Source: Epithemia pelagica
Taxonomy: Eukaryota; Protista; Bacillariophyta
NCBI GenBank assembly: GCA_946965045.2
Contig: OX337238.1
Span: 2,542,001 to 2,606,000, forward strand
DNA length: 64,000 nt
Direction of reading: 5' to 3'
Numbering within the stretch: position 1 is the first letter of the stretch; each line of letters starts with the position of its first letter. The notes under the pieces were generated by a model that made no database searches, was not told where the DNA came from, and saw nothing but the letters and a program-made list of their open reading frames with translations. Shown piece by piece: positions 1 to 11,300 of this stretch. Both the position numbers and the translations under genes were made by a program.

Positions 1-973
1 CCATCATAGCCAAACGCTCTCTCATTGTCCAGGAGAGTAGTAGCATTGCCTCATCGTTTTCCGACATGAATTTGTGCAGGTAACCACAAAATATGGCATA
101 CAAAAGCGCGCGGGGCGAATCAGCCCGAGAGACTGCCCGACGCGCGTGCGTGACGACGAATATTACACCAGAATCACAAATCACAAATCACAAATCACTT
201 GCTCACAAAATCAAAGACGGAAGAAACACAGAACCATGACAAAAAGAAACGAAGAGGGAACGAAAGTATGGATTCGACACAACAGGTCCATTCGTATCGC
301 CTCCTACAAGACGAGAAGAATGTGCGGTGGTGTCCGAGCATCGATCGAACATTCTTGAGACGACGTGCACGCGAATGTATGTGTTTGATCAATGTGCATC
401 CTTCACACACGTGCCGGAGAGACAACAAGAGAAGTCGGGCCAACTGCAATGTCGTCGCCGTCGACACAACATCCAACAACCAACAAGGAATCCAAAGAGT
501 CATGAGCTGATTACTATATGTGAGCGTCATGGTGGCCTGAGATCCGTGCAGACCCCAAGAGTACATAGAGTATCGCAAGGTTGTCAGCCGTCTGTTGATG
601 ACGGGATAAATTTCGGGAGAAACCTCGTTCGCGCCATGGGAAGATAGAACCATGGCGTCGATACAACGGCCGGCAAACAACGGAAATAATCGTTGCTGAT
701 TATAATTCAAGGTTAGTACAAGCAATGTTACTCCCATGCTTTTGGGGCAGGCGAAAAGGCTATAGGACTGGCTACCTGCCTTGTCTTCAAATTCGCAACC
801 TACTCATTCTCACGCAACTTGTGTGTTGAATAAACTAGTAGTTACTTCGCCATGTGATTCTTATCGCTCAGGAGTCTCAACGTGACATCCTGGAAAAGCA
901 ACCTCTGACCTAAACAATCGTATAAGGGCAACCAGTTCAAGAATAACAACGGATACAAAAGGTTCTACTTTAT

Positions 974-2983
974 TCACCGGTTCCACTGTCTGCCCATGGA
1001 TGTTTTTCTGGATGTTGTGGTTCGTGTTGTGTTGGATGTCTCGTTTAATCTCGAAGCTGCACGTTGCTTCGGCTGTGCTGGTTTTCTGGTGGTTGTTGTT
1101 CGTGTTGTGTTGGATGTCGTGTTTAATCTCGAAGCTGCAGACGAAGCTGCACGTTGTTGGGGCTGTGATTGTGCCGGCATGAATCGAGTCGAAGTTTGTA
1201 ATGTTGTTCTGGCAATAGGAGTAGCCGGTTCCATTCTGGGAGCATATGCTGGAGGATTGATCATTGGATTCTCCGTCACAACTTGGACCCGTCTCAATGG
1301 AAGCGCACTCGGTTCAAGACAAGCCGGCTCTATTCTGGGAGCATATGCAGGCGGATATATCGTTGAATAATCATCCGTCACAACTTGTACCGCATCAGTC
1401 ACGATAATAATGTCTTCCTCAACTGGAGCAGAAGCGTTCGCTTTACTCATTGCCCTTGTTGTGACTTTTGACGCCATTGATGAACAAATATCCTCATTCG
1501 ACAATCCCACAGAGTAACGGGTCACCCCATTCAGCTCAAGGAGTGATTTGAGTTTTTGAATTTTTCTGCCGATTGGAATTTTGTCTTGAATGACCATTGT
1601 GTTTCTTATTTCAACTGTAAGCTGGTCAATCTCCTTTTGAATTTGTTGGACCGACCGAAATTTTTCATCGTCACAGAGGGATAATAACAGTGGCAGCAAA
1701 GATTCAGCCTTGACACCCTCTTTCCACAGCGCCTCATCGTCATCGCTGTAACCAACAGCGGCATTTGCCAGTTGAATCTCATTGTTGAGTTTTTCCATTT
1801 CCGCGTCTAGTTCCATTCGACACGAAAACATTTTCTGCCAAGTACAGAATCTGTAAGACTTGATAGTGCCAAGCCGAAAAGGGCGCAGTTAAAGCCACAC
1901 AATACAACGTACCTTGAGCTGCTCTTTCTTGTCAATCAACATCAGTGTCTCACATGAATCCACCTTGTCACCTCCAACAACGGCAATGCCAGTTTTGTAG
2001 GCCACCATGCTACAACCATTACGTCCTGTGATCAATGGTGGTAGGTTCCACACAATCCCACATTCCGTATCCAACACCTCCACCGTAGCAATCGATCCAC
2101 TGTAATTTCCTGACACGACGATACACGATCCAACTGACACAGCTGCAGGAAGATACCGTGCGTCAGACAGAGCTAGGTCTGTACAATTTGTCCAAGCCGA
2201 CAATGACGAGGAAAAGACTGTAACAGCAGTCTTATCGGTTGTATCATCAGATGTCTCGTCGAATTGTAATGACTCAACCGATGTCAACGCATAACTGCCA
2301 TTGTGTCCTCCAACGACATAGATACGGTGGCCAATGACAGCACTTGCACAACCAAACCGAGCAACTGTCATGGATGGCCCAGGAATCACAGTGTGGTTGC
2401 TTGACATAGCTGTATCAATTATATCAACCGACGACAAAGCGTTTCCGGTATTGTTGATTCCACCCATGACGATGATATACCGATTGTTGACGACAACAGC
2501 CGAACATTCATCTCGTGCCGTTGACAACCGACAATTGATGGTCGTCCATCGGTTCCTCGTGGTGCTCGCCGATGCCCCGGAACACAACTCTTCAACATCA
2601 ATCCGTTCAATAGTGTCCAAGCGTGAACTTCCATTGAATCCTCCAATCACGTAAACTCCTCCGTTACAAACCACCGTAGCGTGGAAGCATCTCTTTTCGT
2701 TCAATTGCGGTCCTTCATGCCATTGCTTGTTTTCTTCTGCTAAACTCAACAACAATACTGAGTTGGTGTAGCCTTAACCTTGTTTGTTTCCTCCCAGTAC
2801 TACGACCGTCTGAGCTTTGTCGTCCTCTTCGGGATGGTCGAGCACGATTGAAGCATGCGACCAACGCCATCCACCCAAAAGGGGAGGCCACTCATTTGAA
2901 CTCCATTGTGAAGCATCAGTATTATTGTCAGAGTCGACAAAGCCAAGTCCCGATCGCAGCGCTTCTTCGTGCAATCTTGTCAT
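974..2983 (-). pseudogene. Kelch-helical gene copy A. Exon 1 2983-1913, intron 1912-1835, exon 2 1834-974. Premature TAA at 2774-2776 and a short, repeat-rich variant C-terminus
   Basis: ATG at 2983 (MTRLHEEALRSG). Kelch motifs (R.xH.a.V...vYviGG, W..gP.l). GNKQG*GYTN where copy C reads GNKQGQGYTD. AAG|GTACGT donor and GCAG|AAAATG acceptor join in frame to MFSCRMELDAEMEKL. Confidence 0.85.
996..1390. repeat. Internal tandem repeats in exon 2 of copy A: two ~75-80-bp units (AASRLNxTSNTTRTTT) and two ~105-bp units (VQVVT..PPAYAPR.EP)
   Basis: ttcgtgttgtgttggatgtc..tttaatctcgaagctgca appears at ~1021 and ~1099. gccggxtcxattctgggagcatatgc appears at ~1224 and ~1323. Confidence 0.85.
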
Positions 2984-3594
2984 GGTCGTTTTGGTTTTTT
3001 GAAAGGGATCTTTTTGTGGAGTGTTGTGTTGTTCGTTCATTTGGGCGCAGAATGCGAATGAATGTGCAGATCTTCGCAACTTGCAACTCAAGATCGACAA
3101 AACCCAGAGTCTACTCAGACGTGGACCTCGACGCCAAGTCAATAATCTCTACTCCTACACTGAAATGGCTACCTACGTCCCCAAGCTCTTGCAGCTGAGG
3201 AGTCGATCGTCCGCGAGCGCTACGACGGTCAGACAGCACACCACGCATGGCAGCCGCGTCCGAGGACCGAGGAGCGCCCGACACCGACGAGCCTAGGAGT
3301 AAGGTACTAGACTATCGGCTCCATGTAGGGACCAGAACTCGGACTCGTTGCTCCCAAAGATCTTCATGTCCACCATGAGCGGCAGAAGTTTGGTTGCAAC
3401 GTTGTTCTGATAAAACAACAACAAAAGGGCGAATCGTCGTTGTGTTCCCGCCGATCCCTTCCGTGCCGTCACCCAAGAAGTAGCATAACAACAGCCACCC
3501 TATCAACAAGCTTCCTATATCGACTCGTCCTCTGGAGCGGTTGCTTTCAACGTATCTTGGTCTCAGGAAGAACAGCAAACAATTTGCCAGTTGA

Positions 3595-3800
3595 TCACTT
3601 CCACAAAATGAGCTCATCGGACTCCGAAGCAGATCCCGGTGAGTTTGTTCCAGACCCAAAGATTGTACTCGGCGCGAGCTCCATGAGTCGACAAAAGCAC
3701 CGTGTATTCTTGTCAATCAATGATAGTGTCGCACAAGAGTCACTTCCACCAAACATCGGATTCCGTCCTTCGCAAGAATGGACGGGCGGAAACAAAGGAG
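3595..3800 (-). pseudogene. Remnant of the last Kelch blade from a divergent subfamily (GGSDSCATLSLIDKNTRCFCRL)
   Basis: Resembles the Kelch exon end (GG..VDSCETLxLIDKK) and is closest to the remnant at 48420-48540. Confidence 0.6.
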
Positions 3801-3927
3801 TATTTGCAACACAATCGACCCGCTTTCGATTCCCTGTCTCTTTCTGGGACACTGGGCTATGTTTTCTTTGTCATTCGCCGTCATTCGCCAGTTGGAGAAA
3901 TGGGCTTCCATGGTGAAAAGTGCTTTA

Positions 3928-6785
3928 CTATTCTTTGTATCCAAGAAATTTCTCCAATTTGCATATGCGGAGTTCGAATTGTTGCATCCGCTCATCGGAA
4001 TTGCGTTTGTCCTTCAGTTCTTCCACCAGAGAGGAAACAGTCGCTTCCAGTTGAGTCACTCTTTGCACTATCGACTTGACTTGACCTCCTTGTGTCGTTT
4101 CAGTCACATGAGATCGAGAAGTCGTCCCACTGGATGCAAAACCATTCAGAGTGCTTGTCTCACCAATTTTCGGAGCCTTTACCGACGAACTTTCTCCACC
4201 CGACAGACTCAAACGACCCTTTCTCTTATTCACGTTGGTTGCATGCATACCCTTAAGGTGGTGATGACTTGGGATATTCTGGCCGTGTTCGACAGATTCC
4301 GCCGCCGCTTGGATTATTTTGGTCGTCACCACCAACGCCATCACACTGATTGCCTCGGCATTCTCTCGCACATTGTCTGCTTTTATGGATTGCAGATCAC
4401 GAGTCCATTTCGTGACAGCATTGGCCAAATGACCAATCGTAGTCGCCAACGCACTGCTTCCAGATTTGGCCTCATCATGGCTTTTCAAAGACGACTTCTC
4501 ATTCGATCGCTCAATAATGGCAATGCCCTGCTCAAAAGCACTTTGCAGCTTCTCGTTATCACTTTGATCTACAACTAAACAAATATGATTTACGTCTCCG
4601 TAGTCCACAATCTCGTCTAGAAGCCCTGTCACAACGTTTTCAGACGAAACCCCTCCAAATATAGTTGCGCCAAATGACAAGGCATTCAGAACAGAGCAAA
4701 TGGCCGCAGTGGACACACCGTTGCCATCATTGGCATCAAGTGCACCATCAAGCTCCTTTAGTGCTCTGCCCAAAGCTTGCGCCTGTGCAAGAATGGCATG
4801 GGAACCAATGGTATTGCTGTGGGTACTGCCAGTAGACAGGGCTTCAGTAGAGGTTTGGGGCAGCATTTCTCCGACTCGAAATTCAATCATACCAATATTG
4901 TTTGACACAGAAGGCTCTGTCACAGTAGTAGCTGCCACAGAATCTGCTTCCTTGTTGTCAATCCCATGAATAATGACACCATCTTCCCGACACTTTTCAA
5001 CAATTCTCTCAAGCGTTCTCATGAGTTGGTGGTCGCTCTTGCAAATGGTCTTGGATGTCTTTTGAAGTGCTTTCAATGCGTACCGTTGCCGATCATCCTT
5101 TGATATGCGATTGGAACGATAGAGGTGATTGATAAAGGTGTAGAACACTTTCATGTGGTGAACGTCTGAGACCAAAAGCGCCAAGTCGTGGACCTTGAAA
5201 ACAATATCGTCCGAATCCACTTCCACAAGTTTCCTGTAAAAGGCATCCTCCAATACACCAGAATTATCGTCTCTCGTCGATGCTACAGACCGACCAGGAG
5301 GTTTCCTGTCATTATTGGTGACCCCATTCCGTTCAAGAAGCGACTTTAGGCGTTGAAGTTTTCTGCCCATTGGAATTCTGTCTTGGATTATTTCCGTGTT
5401 TTGAATTCTAGCGGTAAGCTGATTCATCTCCTCTTGAATTTGTTCGCTTGTCCAGAATTTTTCATCGTCACGCAGTGAATCCAATAACGGAAGTAAGGAT
5501 TGTGCTTTCGCCCCCTCTTGTAGCACCAACTCATCGTCGTCACTGTAGTCAACAACAGCCTTTGCCCGTTCAATGGCATTGTGGAGTTTCTCCATTTCCG
5601 CGTCTAGTTCCGCCCGACAAGAAAACCTATTCTGGAAAATACAGAACCTGTAAGATTCCAGATAGTGTCAAGCGGTCCTGGGCGCAGTTATATTCGCAGA
5701 ATGCAACCTACCTTGAGTTGTTCTTTCTTGTCAATCATCAACAGTGTCTCACATGAATCAACACCCTCTCCACCAATAACGGCAATGCCCGTTTCGAAGG
5801 CCACCATGCTACAACCATTGCGTCCCGTGGTCAATGGTGGAAGGTTCCACAAAATCCCACGTTCCGTATCCAAAACCTCCACCGTAGCAATCGATCTTCT
5901 GTCATTTCCTGACACAATGATACACGATCCAACTGAAACAGCTGCATGAAGATGACGTGCGTAAGATAGAGCTAGGTCTGTGCAACTCGCCCACACCGAC
6001 GACGACGAGGGAAACACTGCAGCAGCAGTATCCTCGGTCGCATCATCCAAAGTCTCCTCGAATTGCAATGAGTCCACCGATGTCAACGTATTACTACCAT
6101 TGTATCCTCCTCCAACAACATAGATACGGTGGCCAATGACAGCACTTGCACAACCAGACCGAGGAACTTCCATGGATGGCCCAGGAATCACAGTGTGGTT
6201 TCTTTCCACAGCTGTATCGATAATGTCAACCGATGCCAATTGGTCTCCGTTTTTTCCACCAATGACGACGATATAACGATTGTAGACGGTAACAGCCGAA
6301 CATCCACTTCTTGCCGTTGACAATCGGCACTTCAATGGCATCCATGGGTTCCTGGTAGTGCTCGTAGATTCCCCGCGACACAAACGTTCAACATCAATTC
6401 TTTCGATAGTATCCAAGCGTGAACTTTCATCATCGCGTCCTCCAATCACATAGACTCCTCCGTTGCAAACCACCGCAGCATGAAAACGTCTCTTGTCGTT
6501 CAACGGCGGTCCTTCCCGCCAGTGTTTGTTTTTTTCTGCCAAACTCAATAACAACACTGAGTTGGTATAGTTTTCATTTTGTTTGTTTCCTCCCAGTACT
6601 ACCACTGTCTGTGGATTGTCTTTACCCGGATGGTCAAGCACTACCGAAGCATGGTACCGACGCCATCCACCCAAAAGGGGAGGCCACTCATTTGAATTCC
6701 ATTGTGAAGCAGCAGTGCTATTGTCATTGTCAGAGTCGAAAAAGGCAAGTCCCGATCGCAGCGCTTGTTCGTGCAATCTTGTCAT
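3928..6785 (-). CDS. Kelch-helical gene copy B. Exon 1 6785-5712, intron 5711-5632 (80 nt), exon 2 5631-3928. Apparently intact, ~925 aa
   Basis: Kelch repeats. AAG|GTAGGT donor and TTCCAG|AAT AGG TTT TCT acceptor in frame (NRFSCRAELDAEMEKL). C-terminal coiled coil (VQRVTQLEATVSSLVEEL). Confidence 0.85.
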
Positions 6786-7019
6786 GGTCGTTTTGGAAAA
6801 AGATCTCTGGCAGCTGCGACCAAGAGCCCCGGGGCGAGTGTGAACGATGCGCACGCGTCGCGCCCGTACAGAAGTTTGGCAAGAGGAGCGCCTGGCGATC
6901 CATCATACGGGACTCGCTTCTCGAAGCAAACACAACACACCACACACCACACGCTGCAACAGATGCGAGAGTCCCCCCGCAGTCTTGGTGTGGAAAGTGG
7001 AAAACACAAAAGGAACGTC

Positions 7020-8330
7020 GTCGTCGTCGTCGTTGTTGTTGTTGTGTTCCCGCCGATCCCTTTCGTGTCGTCCACCAAAATGTAGAAGAAGAACAACAAT
7101 CACAAAACAACAAGCTTCCTCTATCGACTGGTCCTCTGAAGCGGTTGCTTTCTAGTTTCATTGGATCTTTGGAGCATCGCAGAATCACACACAGAATGAC
7201 ACGTCGTGCTCCTTCCACAGTTGCAGCCGCAGCGCCCGGTCTCACCCAAGACGCATCATTGTCATCCACTGCCACCCCCAGTACAGCCGTGCGTCGCAAA
7301 AAGCGAAAGGGCCTCTTGACTGCCAGTCGCCGTTCGTCGATGCAGCAATGAGGAAGATGATGAATTGGAACCACTTTCCCGTTCACCAGATTTATCGTAT
7401 TTCCGAGGCAATGGAGACCATGTGATCGAACGCGGGCTACGCTCGACTCAAACAGGGTTGTGCCAAAGTTTTGTGGAAGGCGATGGAATGTGTGATTCCT
7501 GACGTCCGAGAACGAGAGCGAACAGCATCGACGGTACAATCAACGGTTTCGGGGAACCTATGGACCGGCACCCTCTAACAATCATGATATCTGGGGGTTG
7601 ACCGGCGCCTTGACTCCCATTCAAGATGTGTTGGCGTGTGGCGGTATGTTACAGAAAAAAGGATATGCGAGCTATTGTCTGCTTCAATTGAGAGTCTCGA
7701 GTGTTTTGGTGGTGGCACTGGTGGCGTTGGTTCCTGTTTCTGTTACAAAGTCTCGCAGCTTGTGGTCTTCTCCTTCTTGATGCTGTTTGGTTGTTCTTAT
7801 TATTGTTTGGTCCTACGACATTCCTGCTTTTCGTTGGACCATTTTTTGTAGATACCACCTTTCCCGGCATTTGACTCAAGGAGTAGCAACCAGTGGGACG
7901 GCATCACGTTGGTGTCCGTGGCTCAGCAAACACAACTCATGAAGGAACTCCAACAACAAGGAGCACTTCAATAATATTCGACTGGTCCTGGGGTGTACAC
8001 ATGATATTCGAAAACACACATTCTTCCACTTTGTGTCAACTATATGCTAGTGCTGCCATTCCCTCGATGTCGTGCTTTGTGGTACAAATATTGTGACCTA
8101 AACCAATAGGAGAACTACCTGGAAACAGACCTAACCTTTCAAGGATAAACAGATGAGTATTTTATCAATATATGGGATTCAGCATATCCGAGAAAGATGC
8201 TCCAATACAAGTGTCGAGCCATCGCTCCCTAAATTTCCATCCGCATACCTTGTGTTCCAGTATATTGCGCCAACTGCTTCTTAACGACGATAAATGGTGC
8301 ATACAACAACCCGTGAACCTCATGAGCGCT
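7020..8330 (+). repeat. Inter-gene spacer module containing a decayed plus-strand ORF relic (MTRRAPSTVAAAAPGL..RRKKRKGLL..). Recurs at ~19860-21200, ~40045-41330 and ~51720-53060, with partial copies at ~3410, ~18920 and ~45790
   Basis: Near-identical nucleotide blocks and ORF translations at each site, with different stops and frameshifts. Confidence 0.85.
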
Positions 8331-8399
8331 TGTGGAGACACATCGGCTGAAACAGCGTTCCATTTCTCAAAAAGAAAACCATGTAAGATTTGATTCAGA

Positions 8400-11300
8400 T
8401 CATTTGTCAGAGTACCCAAGCAATTTTTCTATTCGAGTCATGCGTTCGTCCAATTTCACTTGCATATCAACCAGCTGCGAAAGACTCTGTCTTTCCGCTG
8501 TACGCTCTTTCCGTAGTTCCTCCACAATTTCACCCACCGACGATTCCACTCTTGATAAATGGTGAAAGATGGACAATGATTCACTTTCCATCGTACCAAT
8601 GGAAGAAACATTGTCGAGAGGATGGAGTCGAGAGGCTGCGATAGAATTTGAATTTGGGGAGAGTTTGGCTGTTGTGCAATCATCGCCCTCACATGCTGGC
8701 TCTCCACCGCTAGACAAAAGACTGTCTTTTTCCTCTTTTTCCCCTTCCGTTGTCGAGACAGTCACTTTCGTTTCCGTTTCGAAAGACTGCGACACGTCTA
8801 TCATTTTGGACGTTACAATCAACGCCAAAAGAGTGATTGCTTCCGAGCTCCCGTCCTGACAGTCACCGTTGGGGGATTCCATACCACGGGCCCTTTTGGT
8901 GACTGCGTTAGCCAAGTAACCCATGATGGTTACCAAGATTCTGGGTCCAGCTGTGCCGTCTTCTTTCGATGTTTTATTCTCTATACAAGTTCCCATACCT
9001 ACATCATTTGACAAACTCGACATGGCTCTTTCGACAATAGCCAGACCCTCTTGGTAGGCCTTTTGCAGCTGTTCGTTTCCACTTTGATCCACGACGGAAC
9101 AAATATGATGCACATCTCCGTAGTCCACAATCTCATCCAGAATACAAGAAACACGGTTTTCCGGTAAAGGATTGGGAGACAATGCCTGTCCAAATGAAAG
9201 TGAGTTCAGAATCGAGCAAATGACTGCAATTGATCCACGATTATGATCATGTTCTTCCAGTGCGGCATAAAAATCCTTTAGGGATCTTCCGACAGCTTGG
9301 ACCTGTACAAGAATGGCACGATGGCTAATGCCCTCACTGAGGGTATTTGCAGTCACCTGCTGTGATTGAGTTAAGGTTCGCGGCAGCATTTCGCCCACTC
9401 GATATTCGAACAAGGCAAAATTGCCTGCCGGAAAAGGCAGTGACGGGTCTGAAGATGTCACAGAATCTGCGTAATGTTCATCAATGCCATGAACGACGAT
9501 ACCGTCCTGACGGCACTTCTCAACAATCTTCTCTTGTATTGTTATGCATTTGTTGTCACTCTTAGATATAGTCTTGGATGTCTCCAGTATTGCTTTCAAT
9601 GTGCATCGTTCCCGATCATCCTTTGCTATACGTTTGGTACGGTACAGATGATTGAGAAAGGTGTAAAACACTTTCATTTGGATAACATTGGACACCAGAC
9701 GCGCAAGGTCATGGACCTTGAAGGCAATATCCTCAGAATCAGCTTTCACAAGTTTCCTGTAAAAGGCATCCTCCAACACACCAGAATTATCGTTTCTTAT
9801 TGATCCCACAGGGCGACCAGAAGGTTTCCTGTCATTATCGGTGACTCCATGCGGTTCAAGAAGCGACTTTAGGTGCTGAAGTTTTCTGCCCATTGGAATT
9901 CTGTCTTGAATGACCTTCGTCTCTTTAATTTCAACTGTAAGCTGGTCAATCTCGGCTTGGATTTGCTGGACGGACCGGAATTTTTCATCATCACAGAGGG
10001 CCTGTAACATTGGCAGCAAAGATTGCGCCTTGGCACCCTCTTGCCACAGCACCTCATCGTTGTCATTGTGACCAGCGGCAGCCGTTGCCCGTTCAATCGC
10101 ATTGTTCAGTTTCTCCATTTCCGCATCTAGTTCCGCGCGACTGGCAAACATTGTCTGTAAAGTACAAAATCTGTAAGATATTTCACATAGTGTAAACCAG
10201 TCCCGACTGCAGTTACAGCCGCACAATACAACGTACCTGTTAGGATTCTCACCGAAAACTAGGTGGCGAAACCTACAACTCATCGAATGATGCTAGTATT
10301 TTATGGCATCCGATGACATTTTCCTAAAAGTGAGAAAAGAATGTCGGCATGCTCGCGAAACTATAAATTTGGCCACGGCATGCTCGCAGTGCACGCGTTA
10401 TCGGCGACCGCTCGGATATTAACTATGGCCCAACACGTGCGCGCCCAAAACTATCAAGTGCGCGCCTCTACTATCCGAGTACGCGCATCCACGATTCGAC
10501 CTAACGGTCTATGTAATCAAAGCACGAATCACGATCACGCGAGACCATATCTCTGTTCCCACAAATCCAAGAATGCAAACAGCAACGCGCCCAGGACAAG
10601 ACTTATACCACGACAAAGCAAGAGCTGTTGCATCCCATACATGTTATCCATCACCCTATACATTCAATATACACCAATGCCGGTCTACTCCAACCAGTGA
10701 GGACCTATCACACCAGATCCATGGCCGTATGCAAGAGCCAGGACTTCGGCACCGTCAACCACCTTAGTTAGTAATCGTCTCACAATCATTAATATCACCA
10801 TTTTAACACTCACCTTAAGACTTACCTCTTATCAGTGGACCAACTGCCCCCACCCACGGCGGACTTCGACTTGCAACTCTTCTCTGACCCGTGGAGGATT
10901 GTTGTATCGGTTGGTGATTCGATTGTCGGCTCAGCGAGCCTTTTACCTATCCTAACTATCTGTCTAACCCCTGTTGAATCGAGAGAAGTTTATCAGATTA
11001 ACAGTCTCATCGTTTATTTCCGAGAAGCTTTCGATGTCTGACGACGATTCCAACCTCTCTATTCGACACATCTTTCATTCCTTCCAACAAAGCGGGGAGG
11101 AACTCCATCCACCCGTGGCCCATCCGGGCGAGCCCTTGGTTGAAACTCCGAAACAGACCCCGACTCAGGCCAGTGCTCCGAATCCCTTCCAGACCCCGGA
11201 CCAAGTGGTCCAGCCTCCTTCGATCCCGACTCAACCTTCGACTCCGCCTCGCCGTTTGAACCCTACTCGCACCCGACGTACGAGCCGTCTTCTTACTGCA

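Noticed and set aside
74-737. ORFs at the start of the window, and a possible third exon for copy A (intron 977-910)
   Set aside because: No recognisable motifs, and the overlapping frames are equally plausible. The splice is possible but unsupported.
7016-7045. (GTC)n(GTT)n tract and other short repeats as a CRISPR-like or functional array
   Set aside because: A simple microsatellite that varies between spacer copies, with no repeat-spacer structure or cas genes.
7350-8330. Possible glycosyltransferase (GT32-like) relic in the spacer (..LLAYGG.., ..TGPGVYT..)
   Set aside because: The motifs are short and scattered over frames with many stops, and no DxD motif was recognised.
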